Source of the DNA: Macrostomum hystrix
Taxonomy: Eukaryota; Animalia; Platyhelminthes
Assembly: GCA_950097015.1 (NCBI GenBank)
Contig: CATNEN010000038.1
Span: forward strand, 3,286,001 to 3,350,000
Direction of reading: 5' to 3'
Length of the DNA: 64,000 bases
Shown: piece by piece, positions 50,419 to 63,871 of the stretch
Position numbering within the stretch: the first letter of the stretch is position 1
Layout of the letters: each line of letters begins with the position of its first letter
The notes under the pieces: model-generated
What the model saw: only the letters and a program-made list of their open reading frames with translations
What the model was told of the DNA's origin: nothing
Database searches by the model: none
Translations under genes and position numbers: made by a program

Positions 50419-51944
50419 CTTTCCGGGCTTTTGCATCTTGGTTACCTGGCACACATTCGGCAGGAACACTGAACAGTGCCGATCGGAATACATTTTATCC
50501 CCTGTTTTGATTGCGTCATGAAGGACTGAACGTATAATTTATTTTATCGAAAATTATGCCGTATAATGTATTTTATCGGAAATTATGCCCTGTCGTTAAT
50601 TTTTTGGTGCCTCTGATTTCGGCCTATTGTGGAATTCAAACGAAAACTAAATTCTAAATACACAGCAAACTAGTGGTAAAGAAAATGATTTGATGATGGC
50701 AACGCAATAATAAACTCTAAAATAATGTAAAATACAATTTTTGCCATTAAACGCCATTCTGCCTTACTGGCCTTGAGCTAGCAGAAAAGTTTTTTGCAGT
50801 CCAGTTTATCTAGTGTATCTCACACATGCAAGGCCGAGGTCCCGATCCTGAGCACGAGTACGAGTATGTTGTCAAGAGTACGAGTATAATAAAAGTTTTC
50901 CCGAACAAATGAATGGAGTATATTGCGCTTGCATTAAATTTCCGACGACCGAAAACACCACTCTAACGGAACCAGCCAGCAACATAGAGTGCAGAGTCGG
51001 TGGCCGAATTTGTAGGCATTGCGCAGGCCGGCGTTTTTGCTCGTCGACATTGCGTTTCAGTGGATCTTTCATAGCTCATGTCGCGGCGCTGAATAGCAGA
51101 ACAGTGTCGACTGCCGCCTGGACCGCTCTCTGATGGTCCAGGATGGCCTTGGACTCTCAAAGAAGAAAATGTCGCATACTTAGGTTGTCGTTGAAGATCA
51201 TATCCTCGCAGACGTCTGACACCTGGCCGCCGCGATACAAAACTCCTGACAGCACGGCAGTCTCCTATTGTGTAGCACCAAAACAGCTGGGGTCAGCTGC
51301 TGTTGTTTGTGCGGTAGTAGGCGCTCAGAGCGGTCGACCGGGGGGACGCGGTCGCCGAGGACTAATGGGCGGTTGGTGCTTAACGCTCAGATGGTGGGCA
51401 ACTGCTTGATGCTGTCCGAGATATTGTGAGGTCGTCATGCTGACTGATGAAGATGTTGGTCCAAGTTCGAGAGGTCGATGCGGATCAGGCGACGCATGGC
51501 GGGCCTTGAATCTTCAGCTAGCCATGGGGGGGGGAGAAGCTGATCGTGCAGCTCGACCTGGAGGCGGCATTCGTCGTGAAGATGCTGTGGAGTAGAGCGG
51601 TGAAGGAGTGGCAGCCCGTGATTCTCCGGAGGAAGGGGTTTTGGGCGGTCTGCGAACTGTTTCAGCCAGAGAGCTGATGAGGGGCTCCAGACCGTCCTGG
51701 CCCCAGGAGGTTCCGCAGAAAGCGCGGAGGATGCTGTTGCAGGCATTGAAATTCTTGGAAACCTATTGGGCAAAGCGTTGGAACTTCAGCAGCGGCACTT
51801 CAGCAGCGGGTCAAAAGTGTCACCCAGCAGCTTTGGAGAGGTTCAGTAAGCAAGCGGAGAACCTTTGAGGTAAACGGCGGTGCGGCTTTGAACTTGTGAA
51901 AGGAGCTGGTGAAGGGCTTTGCGGAGGATTATAATAATAAATAC

Positions 51945-52091
51945 TTGCAGGAGGGTTGTCGACAAGGGACACCATTTGGTAACAGTAGACACGCCGCCAG
52001 GCATTTCGCAGACTCCTGTGCAAACACGCACACAGATACTGTACGCAGGCACACGCTCTTACAGGTGTGTAAATCTGCCCTGACTTTCTCA
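51945..52091. repeat. Dispersed repeat, with an inverted copy at ~63508-63674
   Basis: Shared ACGCACACAGATACTGTACGCAGGCACACGCTC...TCTGCCCTGACTTTCTCAT. Confidence 0.75.
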
Positions 52092-53159
52092 TGGAGTTTG
52101 GCCCTTCAGGGGGCGTAATTTGCACGACAAGCCGCCAAACCGGAATGTATCACAATTTCAAGTGAGAATTTGTTAACATGAAAACAAATTATAAAGCTTT
52201 TTGGTTACTCGCAAAAGCTGGGGCGGCTGCAATTCCTCAGGCCCTCATGCAAACGAGCATTAATTGTCTATTTCATCGTCCATTGTGTGTCAGTATTCAG
52301 TCAATGGAAGTTCTACCCAGCCTTTTCAACTGCTTTACATGTAAAGCCTATTACACATTATAACAGGAAGGTTTCGGCTTCCTGTCACCTTCTGCTACAG
52401 TAACAGAGCGATAAACGCTCTACGGGCCAGAGGCCCGTTTCCACTCCCGTATGGACTCCAGACTCGGAATGGCGGCAGTGAAGCTCTGCCTCTCGCTTCC
52501 AGTGTATTTAATCTAAAACAGCTCAGCACGCACGTACCGAGGCAGAATGGGGAGAGGGGGCAACGCTGTGAGAATAACACAGAGGCAGCTGTCTTAATCT
52601 TAATCTTGTTATGATTCTTGATCTGATTAGTCCCACACGCGAATTAAGCTCCCGAGCGATCGCTCGCCGAATCTCTTCCTCCCGCTCCTGGGCCGTATCG
52701 ATCCACGAGCGCATTGCGGTGTACGCGAGTCATATGAGCTATGCAAATACAATCTTCTAAAGCGTATTTGCAAGGCCTACACACATCGTTATCAAAATAC
52801 GCTTTTTATGTTCAAAACTTTTTATGTACATTTTTTAAAGTTTGAATGAACAGACATTATGTCGAAAAACAATTTCAAATCGTGCGTTGTGGCCTTGTTT
52901 GATGGCTCTTAAGCAAGTTAGTTGGTTAGTTGTACCGCATGCCTCCACAAGCTTAGGTTTGCTAGCAATGTATCACGTACATCAAAAGCTTGGCTTTTCT
53001 AACCGCGCATCAGCTAATATATCATTCGGCCCTTCAGTGTACGCCCTGTCCACACAGAGACCCACCTTGTTTTTTTCGCTCAGCTAGCAGTGTGTCAGTG
53101 ACAGACAACATTGGTATTTATTGGTCTGTCTCACACTGCAGGACCATGCCCATGCCATG

Positions 53160-53196
<37 letters not shown>

Positions 53197-53676
53197 CTCG
53201 TAACTGTGTGTGTACAGATTGCAGCAGCTCGAAAGTACAAGAGGTAATATCAACAAATACTATTGGTTTTCTCAGCTCTATGGTAAAACGATTGGTTTAA
53301 ACAAATATCAACATAGTTGTTGGCAAAAAAGTGACTATCTGCAATTAGCATCCTCCGGCCACTGGCTTGTTAACACTATTGTCTGTCAGTCGTCAAGCAG
53401 CAATGTCTCACAGCACGAAAACACAGTTTCGGCTTTTGATTTTAACCTCCGTTCTTGTAAGTACACGTTTGAGTCTGTGCTGAAAAACAGCCGACCACGC
53501 TGGGTGAATTTCACTACTCAGCTATTATCTCCCTCAAAGCCCTGTCTTTTTAATCTATTGTCTTTTTACTTATACGCTTTTCCCTAATGCCAAGCCTTCA
53601 GCATTGTGCGGATGTTTTTCCCCGAACTTCCCAGCAAGAATCCCAGCAGACTGCAATGCGTAACAACTAATTGCAG

Positions 53677-54913
53677 GTACTAATCCTCTTTGCGGCCTAC
53701 GCACGACAGTCTACATCCGAAAATACAATCCAACTACTCAATGCTGAAAGCAGCTCTGGGACTTTCAGCATTCCACACATCCTGCACCAGACCTTCGCCT
53801 CCGAGATGATCTACGAGAACTACAAGCCGTTTATCAACAGCTGCCTGTCGCTGAACCCCGACTGGACCTACTACCTGTGGCGGGACTCGGATGCCGAGGC
53901 CCTGCTGTCGGAGCATTATCCCCAGTACCTCAGTACCTACAAAGACTTCAGCGATAATCTTCAACGCTCGGACGCCATTCGATACGTCATTCTGCACAGG
54001 TTCGGTGGTAAGCGGATTGAGATTGATCAGTACAATGGTGAGAAGTTCTCTCTCTGAGTCAAGAAACTCTAAGCTGGCCAGGGTTTATAGATTCATGATT
54101 AGAGGCAGCTCTGATGCTAACCAGACGCAATAGAATTCAGAGATCCGATCAAGACCCGACAGACCCCAGAGACCCAAGCGGTACCAAAAACCCTCAAGTG
54201 ATCGGAGTTATCCTGAAATATTCTCAGGCATCTACCTGGACATGGACGTGGAGTGCGTCAAGCCCTTCCACCCGAGGCTCACAGCTCAGGCGGCCTTCCT
54301 GGATCAGGAGAGGCAAGAGCAGACTCGCATTCTCTGGAACTGGGAGTTCAGCGCAATGAACTCTCTGATGGGATCGGTGCCGCGACACCCGTTCTATCGA
54401 ATAATGTCACAGAAGGTGCTAACAAAGGTGCTTCCAGGAAACGCATTCTACACCACCGGACCGGCCGTACTCACGCAGGTGTTTCGCGAGTACCGAGACA
54501 GCCCGGCTGCCAGTGACTGGCCGGTGACGCTGCTTCCTCCGAGCGTCGGCTCGCCGCTGATGGACTGGCAGACCAACTGGGTTGAAGTCTGCAGAGGCGC
54601 CAGTGAGTGACCACTTATTTTCGCTTCGTAGAGACTGACCGCAGCTTAATATGTTATTTGTTTTATTTACTCAGGGTATTGTTTTCCAGAACAGCGCGGT
54701 GACACCAAACTTAGCTGGAAGGACTCAGCGTGCAACATGCTAAAATCCAAGAATTTCAGCCTGGACGACAGCAACGAAGGTACGGTCGCCGTGCACCGCT
54801 TCCTGCACCTGGGCTACAAGTATTTGATCGGAAAAAGAAAATTGCCGTTTAACTTGACCAAGTTTTTCGAGCCAAGAGTCATGCAGTATCGAAGGACTGG
54901 CAAGGTAGTTTAA
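53677..54913 (+). CDS. GT32-like glycosyltransferase copy 3; exons 53677-54007, 54228-54602, ~54675/54690-54913 (first exon not located)
   Basis: Same motifs and intron positions; ends ...[12 protein letters not shown]... Confidence 0.85.
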
Positions 54914-56961
54914 AAAGACAGGCATAAATTTTGGAGAAGCATTAACCCAAGCTATTTGTGTAATTTCGACTCATCTATCAGGATATCATACTGCAGCTTC
55001 TAATGGCAATAGAAATTTCACTTTGCCCAGTTCGGCCAGATTTGCAACCAGAGGCGCAGCCGCAGCTATTGCGCAGAGAGTTCAAGGACTGTACAGTCCG
55101 TTGACTGTTGTGCGGCACCACACACGCCCTAATTTCTAGCCACAGGCACCCATTTTTGAGCTGGTCGTTGGTACTTAAACACGATTATTTACCTCCTCAG
55201 TCTACTTATTAAACAACCCTTATTAAACGTCTACTTACTAAAGGTGCGAGAGTTCTTTCTATAGAACAAAGAAATCCCATGACATTATTTTTGCTTTTTA
55301 TTGTTATTTTATATTATTTTCCTAGATTTTTGTTTTTTGGATTTCTAGCTCCGTGGAGTATGGTAAAATATATTACTACTGAGTATCACGTGAACTCACT
55401 TGGAATCCAGCCCTAATTTAGCAAGTTAGCAAGTCTTATTTTCAGACAAAAAGGCGACACGGTTAAAATTGCGTTTAATTTATTTGGCAAAATATTTTTG
55501 TGCCAAATCGAAACAAAAAAGGGAAAACTGCGGACAAAACCTTCAGTCACAACTTTTACCGGCAGGTAGAAAATTTCTGTTAGTTTTCATTATAGGCAGA
55601 CTTAGAATAACACAACAGTAAGTTAAATATTCACCGCTCATTATGAACCTTGGGCTGCAGCTGGTCTGAAACTGTTGAAAATAGTTTGCATTGTTTTCAA
55701 TAACTAATCAAAGTCAGTTAAAGTCAATTGAAAATAACGGGCTAATAGCAACGACCTATGAGCTGTCCCAGAAGTTCGTATCGTTTGAACTACTAAAAGA
55801 AAGTTTTTTGTTAAAATGGTCAGCTTTAGGGACTCTGTAGCGATCACAATCAAACGAATTTACAAATGAAGGTCAGTCCAGGTGAGAAAAGAGAACAAGT
55901 CGAACAATAAAACTTTATAAATGAAAATAAAGCAGTTAAAAATGGGTTAAAACAGATAGAAGCACAACAGGCAAGCAGTGCGAAAAGAAAAGTATTAGTG
56001 CAATCTGAAGACAAGCGTCTATCAGTGCCTTTACGGTTTGAAGTTGGTTAGCGAAGAGGACCTCTCGCTGCGGGTCCTATAGCTTCAACTGTAGATGAGT
56101 ATATGCCTATATATATTCATCAACCATTTGGATCATTTTTGTAAACCAGCTTGTACTATCAACAACATGTAGGATAAGCAGGTAAAGTGCAGTGGATATC
56201 ATGCGGCAGTTTCATTCACCGCGTGATACGCTCGTAATCATAGCTTAATAACAATTTACCTTGTGAGGCACCGATGTGGGGCAGGATTTGCTAGTCATAT
56301 ATACTAAACCAGAAAGAAGCAAGATATTCGGAAATAGTCGGGTTCCCAATTGTTTACGATCGCAGGCCAAGCTTCACGACTGCTTTCATGGCGGCGAAGA
56401 CTGAGATTTTTCAGTTTGCCTCAAACAGAGAAAAAGAGAGAAACTGGGCCAGACGCACAGCCAGTGGCCGAGCCGCAGCTGTACAACCGCTTAGTCCTTG
56501 GAAGCCGAGCAACCCATTTCAAGCTGGTTGACTAGCTTACTACGGGCCTTGTTCTAGGACGCAAATAGACCCAAACTCTAAACTGCTTGAAGCCCCCTCC
56601 CATTCAGACTTTTGTGATCTTTTATTCTACTAATAGTAGGCGATCTCAGTGCATTGTCAGTAATTTAAGACGAGTTTTAAAACACTTTAAAGGGATGAAA
56701 TCGCATAGGGACGTGGTTTAGCGAAGCGGGGGTGCTAAAATCGTATAATATTTGTACTCGTATAAGCGACTGAAGTGCCACAGTTGTGGAAACAAGTCAG
56801 ATTTGCAGCAATGAGTGATCAAAAATGGGAAGCAAACAGTTTGTTCAGCGGTTTGAAACAACTAATTAAGGAGACAGGCAACTGGCACTGAACTCAACAC
56901 GACTCATCCGAGGAAGACAATGCGACTCAAGAGATTAGGTTCTGTTGCCGGGCAGGCGGCC

Positions 56962-59900
56962 CTAGTGCTCATCGGCTTCACCGAGCATGCTCTTCATGTT
57001 GTCCTCATAGATGGCGATGAGGAACATAATGCTGACCCCGGTGAGGATGCCGGCGTTCTGCAGGATGAAGTGAGCGATTCGCGACTCGCCCGGGCGCACA
57101 TTGACCAGGTTGAGCTCGGGAAGCTGAGGAGAATGGCGGTGGGTGGCAGTTGGAGTTTTCTCCTATTGTGGTTTGTGCTGGGGTTATGCCAACATTTACC
57201 ATGTCCACCAACGAGATGTAGATGAAAATGCCGCCAGTGATGGCGAATATCCAGTAGCTGGCGCTGGTGACGGTGCCGATGTTGACTCCGATGGCCATGC
57301 CAACCGCGGCCAGCACGGAGGACAGGATGTTGTAGTACAGAGCCTGCCGAACAGCCATGCCGGTCTTGAGTAGAACAGCGAAATCGCCTGGAGAGTTTCG
57401 AAATCGGCACCCAGGGACCATTAAAAGGCTCAAGCATTTTTAATTACACAAGACGTCGAATTCTGGTAACCTTTCGAATGTCCGAAGCTTTTTATTAAAA
57501 AGTCTAAAGGTGGCTCCAAAGTCTAACAGGGGACTCTGAAGTCTAACAGGAACTAAAAAGTCGAACAGGTGATTCTAAAGTGTAACAGGTGACTCCAAAG
57601 TGCAACAGGTGACTCCAAAGTGCAACAGGTGGCCGCGAAGTCTACCAGAGTCTAACTGGTTGTTTGTTACTAAAAATATCATCTCTGGCTCGAACTCACC
57701 CAGCTCATGCGGCAGCTCGTGGCAGAACACGGCGATGCTGGTGGAGAGGCCGCCCGTGATGCTCTGGGCGAAGGCCGCGCCGATGGCCAATCCGTCCGTG
57801 AAGTTGTGTAGCCCATCGCCGAGAATCACCATCCAGGCAACGGAGGCCAGCGACCGGGGAATCTCGCCGTCGTGACCGTGACCATGACCGTGACCTCCAG
57901 GAGCCGGCACTAGCGCCTGACCTTGGCTTTGAGGCTGACCTTGACCTTGAGCCTGACCTTGACCCGGCTGCTTTTCATCGTCCTGGCCTCCGCGTGGCGG
58001 CTGCCCCGGCACAACCAGACGAATCTCGCCCGCTGCGCCGCCACCGCCGCCGCCACCGCCGCCTCCGCCGAGCTCCGGTGGTCTCAAATGGCCGTCGTCG
58101 GCGTCCGGGTCGGCGGAGTTGTTGTAGCGCATCGGCGGTGGCTCGTGCGACTTTCGCCGGTGAGGCCGGTAGCGCTGCTTCACGGGCGTGGCCTCGGGCG
58201 AGCCGCCGCCCGCTGCAGCCTGCTGCTGCTGCTGGTCGGAGGCGCCGCCGTCCTCCGAGTCACTGTACTCCAGGTAGCTGCGGAAGTTGTCGATACTCCG
58301 CATGGCTGGAAATGCACGCCGAACTGGCCGTCAGGATTGCCAACACGCAGCTGCTAAAAGCCCTCATCCTCCTCTGTCCCTCCGTTGTATCTTTCTTCCT
58401 CTAATCTCATGTCTAATCTCATCTACATCTAACCATAATCTAACCTAAGATGAGCTATGGCTAAATACCATTGCTAGCTGCTGAAGTCTCATCGAACTTA
58501 ATTCTCATCTCACAGTTATCTCATCTCACAGTTATATAATCTCACAGTTTTATCATCTCATTGTAATCTCATCTTGTAACACACTAAAAGTGGGGAACGA
58601 ACCTCGCGCTGGCAGACCGAGACCGGTTTCTGGCTTGTTTGCCTTCGTCAGTCAGCCATAGCCACACGCAGTCCTCTCCCACCACTCTCAGTGTCCACAG
58701 AAGTCTCTTTTAAGCTTGCCATTTTTATGGCGATACTTTTTTAGTGTTATGTGAGAGTTTTGCAGCCAAGTCTTTGCTTTTCTACTGTTGTCAGTAGTCT
58801 GAATTGTATCTCTCACACATCTCATTGTAATCTCATCTCATTGTAATCTCATCTCATTGTAATCTCATCTCATTGTAATCTCATCTCATTGTAATCTCAT
58901 CTCATTGTAATCTCATCTCATTGTAATCTCATATCACTGAAAACTCATCTCACTGTAATCTCATCTCATTGTAATCTCATCTCATTGTAATCTAATCTCA
59001 CTGTAATCTCATCTCATTGTAATCTAATCTCACTGTAATCTCATCTCATTGTAATCTCATCTCACTGTAAACTCATATAACTGAAAACTCATCTCACTGT
59101 AATCTCATCTCATATCATCGAATTTCATCCCATTCTGTTATCATCGCTTATAATAGTTTTCAGTGAATTGAAACACGATTAAAGTTGTCCAGTTCTTTGG
59201 CAGCAGCAAAAGCAGACACTGCAGAACTGCGGATTTCGCCAAGTCCTCGCCATTTCGCTTCTCCCGGAAGCGCGAATAGAGAAAATCGAGCACAAAATAT
59301 TCGATTTCCAAACGGAAAAATTGCCGGAAAATGATCGGCGCTACCATGGACCAGTCACGCAGTTCTTTTCGGATACAACAACACATGCCTCCTCCGACAT
59401 CAATGAGTTGCAGCTTCAGCGGCCAGGCTTCCAAAAATAATTGTTGCGAAGCGGTCCGAAATTTTTTCCTCTGTGACACAGAAACTGTCGATTTCCGCAG
59501 CGGAAATGTACGCGGGCTGCCCTTCGAAGTATTTTTTTATCATGCGCTGTGGGTCACCGTATGAGGCGCAATTGGGGCCCCAAAGCCAGACCACTCACCC
59601 TTGCTGCTTAATCCGATAGTGATGATGTCCTCGCACGATTTGCCACCGTAGAGCCTCGACGCCCGGCGCTTCTGCCGGTCTAGCGTCGACATTCGATTCG
59701 GAATGCCCTCCTCCTGCTCCTTCCGCTCCTCTTCCTGCGGGCCGCAGACAGTGTGAGACAGTGTGAGACTGTGTGAGACTGTGTGAGACTGTGTGAGACT
59801 GTGTGAGACTGTGTGAGACTGTGTGAGACTGTGTGAGACTGTGTGAGACTGTGTGAGACTGTGTGAGACTGTGTGAGACTGTGTGAGACTGTGTGAGACT

Positions 59901-62900
59901 GTGTGAGACTGTGTGAGACTGTGTGAGACTGTGTGAGACTGTGTGAGACTGTGTGAGACTGTGTGAGACTGTGTGAGACTGTGTGAGACTGTGTGAGACT
60001 GTGTGAGACTGTGTGAGACTGTGTGAGACTGTGTGAGACTGTGAGACTGTGTGAGACTGTGTCAGACTGTGTGAGACTGTGTGAGACTGTGTCAGACTGT
60101 GTGAGACTGTGTGAGACTGTGTGAGACTGTGTGAGACTGTGTGAGACTGTGAGACTGTGTGAGACTGTGTGAGACTGTGTGAGACTGTGTGAGACTGTGT
60201 GAGACTGTGTGAGACTGTGTGAGACTGTGTGAGACTGTGTGAGACTGTGTGAGACTATGTGAGACTGTGTGAGACTGTGTGAGACTGTGTGAGACTGTGT
60301 GAGACTGTGTGAGACTGTGTGAGACTGTGAGACTGTGTGAGACTGTGTGAGACTGTGTGAGACTGTGTGAGACTGTGTCAGACTGTGTGAGACTGTGTGA
60401 GACTGTGTGAGACTGTGTGAGACTGTGTGAGACTGTGTGAGACTGTGTGAGACTATGTGAGACTGTGTGAGACTGTGTGAGACTGTGTGAGACTGTGTGA
60501 GACTGTGTGAGACTGTGTGAGACTGTGTGAGACTGTGTGAGACTGTGTGAGACTGTGTGAGACTGTGTGAGACTGTGTGAGACTGTGTGAGACTGTGTGA
60601 GACTGTGTGAGACTGTGTGAGACTGTGTGAGACTGTGTGAGACTGTGTGAGACTGTGTGAGACTGTGTGAGACTGTGTGAGACTGTGTGAGACTGTGAGA
60701 CTGTGTGAGACTGTGTGAGACTGTGTGAGACTGTGTGAGACTGTGTGAGACTGTGTGAGACTGTGTGAGACTGTGTGAGACTGTGTGAGACTGTGTGAGA
60801 CTGTGTGAGACTGTGTGAGACTGTGTGAGACTGTGTGAGACTGTGTGAGACTGTGTGAGACTGTGTGAGACTGTGTGAGACTGTGTGAGACTGTGTCAGA
60901 CTGTGTGAGACTGTGTGAGACTGTGTGAGACTGTGTGAGACTGTGTGAGACTGTGAGACTGTGTGAGACTGTGTGAGACTGTGTGAGACTGTGTGAGACT
61001 GTGTGAGACTGTGTGAGACTGTGTGAGACTGTGTGAGACTGTGTGAGACTGTGTGAGACTGTGTGAGACTGTGTGAGACTGTGTGAGACTGTGTGAGACT
61101 GTGTGAGACTGTGTGAGACTGTGTGAGACTGTGTGAGACTGTGTGAGACTGTGTGAGACTGTGTGAGACTGTGTGAGACTGTGTCAGACTGTGTGAGACT
61201 GTGTGAGACTGTGTGAGACTGTGTGAGACTGTGTGAGACTGTGAGACTGTGTGAGACTGTGTGAGACTGTGTGAGACTGTGTGAGACTGTGTGAGACTGT
61301 GTGAGACTGTGTGAGACTGTGTGAGACTGTGTGAGACTGTGTGAGACTGTGTGAGACTGTGTGAGACTGTGTGAGACTGTGTGAGACTGTGTGAGACTGT
61401 GTGAGACTGTGTGAGACTGTGTGAGACTGTGTGAGACTGTGTGAGACTGTGTGAGACTGTGTGAGACTGTGTGAGACTGTGTGAGACTGTGTGAGACTGT
61501 GTGAGACTGTGTGAGACTGTGTGAGACTGTGTGAGACTGTGTGAGACTGTGTGAGACTGTGTGAGACTGTGTGAGACTGTGTGAGACTGTGAAGCACTTG
61601 AGTGTTGCCAGTTGCCGGGTTTTCTAATGTTTTAGCATTCGTACAAATAGTTCGAGTCAAAGTAAAGTCGCTGATTTTGCAAGTGAAATATCCTCGAGAA
61701 TAGTGAACTTGTAAACCAAATCAATCTTAAGCCAGCACACTTTATACACGCGCTACTAATATTTGTTTAGCAGACAATCTTCATTCACTGAGCTCACAGG
61801 CAGTCCCAGACTTATTGCCTGGAACTCAGCGGAACCCACCATGATCTGAGACAGTCTTGAATCCTCCAGACTTGGCTGACAGAAGTTCGCTGACATTCAC
61901 GCTGACATTGTGTCCAGGGCAAACACTGGAGTCTGGGATGGGACACGACACCGACAAGACCCGATAGAAAAATAAGTACACTAGGGGCTTAAAGCCTTAT
62001 TTTCTGAGAAGTTTTTGAGATGTCTAAAAATGTGGGCGTCTCATTCTGCCTGACAGGCTGGCCAAGATTTCAGCATCTCATCGTCAAACATGAGCTGCAC
62101 TTTTAACTATAACAGTCATTGCCGACGCTACTTATATGGTAAAGCATCTGACACACACAATTCTATAGATCAATGCAAATGCATAGACTCACACCCTCCG
62201 CTCTTCACACCCTCTGCTCTTCACACCCTACGCTCTTCACACCCTCCGCTCTTCACACCCTCCGCTCTTCACACCCTCCGCTCTTCACACCCTCCACTCT
62301 TCACCCCCTCCGCTCTTCACCCCCTCCGCTCTTCACACCCTCCGCTCTTCACACCCTCCGCTCTTCACACCCTCCGCTCTTCACACCCTCCGCTCTTCAC
62401 CCCCTCCACTCTTCACACCCTCCACTCTTCACACCCTCCGCTCTTCACACCCTCCGCTCTTCACACCCTCCGCTCTTCACACCCTCCGCTCTTCACACCC
62501 TCCGCTCTTCACCCCCTCCACTCTTCACACCCTCCGCTCTTCACACCCTCCACTCTTCACACCCTCCGCTCTTCACACCCTCCGCTCTCTATCTAACTCA
62601 CTCCTCAGAGTTTTTTTTCAAGAAAATTCATACTTTTCCTAACCTTTTCGTTCCTTCTTACACTCTTGCAAGGCTTCAAATTTGTGCACAAAGTGCACGA
62701 GTGTCTCAGCCTGAGGACACCAGTAGGAATGGGTGCGAATTCTACGTCAGCTCGAGGGAGACTCGGACATGCTTTTATCAAAGGCATTAGGAATCAGTCG
62801 GCACTGCAGCTGCGGCTGAACAGGTGGGGAAGGAAAGGTAGGGGTGGGTTTGCCTCTCCTGTGTGACATCCGAGCAGGAGGCGGCCATCAGCTGCTCTGA

Positions 62901-63871
62901 TGAAGAAGACTCTCGCACACTTTGAAAAATGCACTGGGGAAGCCAGGCCGCTGAGAGCTGAGCATGAAAATCGAATGAAAACGGTCCCACTGCCCGGGGA
63001 AATTATTGAAGCCGTAGCTAGGAGCTTCCTCAAACTCTCCCGCGTCCACCCCGCTCTCTTCAGGTTTCTATCCGCACTTGCCAACACTCGATAGACTTTG
63101 GGACTAAAGGATAAAATAATCCTCATAAGCGCTAAAGCTCCAACTCACCATGAGGGCTTGCTTCTCAGTGCGGTACTCGGTAACCAAGGCGACTAGCTTC
63201 TCGGCCATGAAGAAGAAATACACGCCGCACAGGGCCACCAGACCCTTGAGCACCGTCTGGCGCTCATTGTGAAACTTCTGCGCGTGTGCGTCCTCCATGG
63301 CCGACTTGACAATGGCCTGCAGGATTCGGGATTCGAAAAATGGGATTTTTCCTAATTAAGCCTAACCTACCTCTAGTTTGCCTCTCGTGCCAATGTTCGA
63401 TTCCGCGGCGAGGCCAAATTTAGGTGAAGACTTGGGGGCTTGTCGCGAAGTTTACGCCATTGAGGGCCAACCTCCAAGGTGAAAGTGAAAGTTGACACTG
63501 CCGGACGATGAGAAAGTCAGGGCAGATGTACACACCTGTGTGAGCGTGTGCCTGCGTACAGTATCTGTGTGCGTTTGTGCTCAGGAGTCAGCGAAATGGG
63601 CAGAATTGACTCCTCGCTATCTGCGGGTCTAGTGTCACCAAATGATGTGCCATTGCCCGCAGCCCTCCTGCAATCATCATTTGGACCGGCCAAATACTTA
63701 CGTGCGGCAGCAGGTGCAGCATGGCGTCGCCAGTTAGCGAGCCGACAGCCAGGGCTACCAGGTACTGGATAAAGTGGTTGTAGTACTCAGACTGCACCAG
63801 TGGAACCACAGCCACGCCGGCCAGACCGACCAGGCTGATCACCAGGATTGAGACGCACGAGATTAGCCACA
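56962..63871 (-). CDS. LIV-1 subfamily ZIP zinc transporter (SLC39A6/10/foi-like), 3' exons 63871-63702, 63316-63149, 59734-59599, 58305-57700, 57387-57200, 57123-56962; 5' end beyond the window
   Basis: [17 protein letters not shown]; GHGHGHGH loop; [14 protein letters not shown]; [15 protein letters not shown] (HEXPHEXGD). Splice phases are consistent. Confidence 0.93.
58615..58657 (-). ncRNA. Putative minimal type I hammerhead ribozyme within a ~240-bp insertion (58575-58817)
   Basis: Minus strand GGCUGA-CUGACGA-AGGC aaacaa GCCA-GAAA-C CG GUC-UCGGUC: core boxes, stem II, palindromic mini stem III and a 6-bp stem I. Confidence 0.6.
58818..59115. repeat. 16-nt tandem repeat CTCATTGTAATCTCAT (degenerate copies also at ~58400-58575)
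   Basis: Visible tandem array. Confidence 0.9.
59746..61592. repeat. 10-nt satellite (GTGTGAGACT)n in a ZIP intron, abutting the splice acceptor
   Basis: About 185 near-perfect units. Confidence 0.98.
62188..62588. repeat. 16-nt minisatellite (CTCTTCACACCCTCCG)n
   Basis: Visible tandem array. Confidence 0.95.

Noticed and set aside
52363-52400. Second hammerhead (GCCGAAAC on the minus strand)
   Set aside because: No CUGANGA box in the proper position.
59746-61660. Telomere-like repeat or [13 protein letters not shown]
   Set aside because: A 10-nt intronic satellite that is not a known telomeric motif; the ORF is an artefact.
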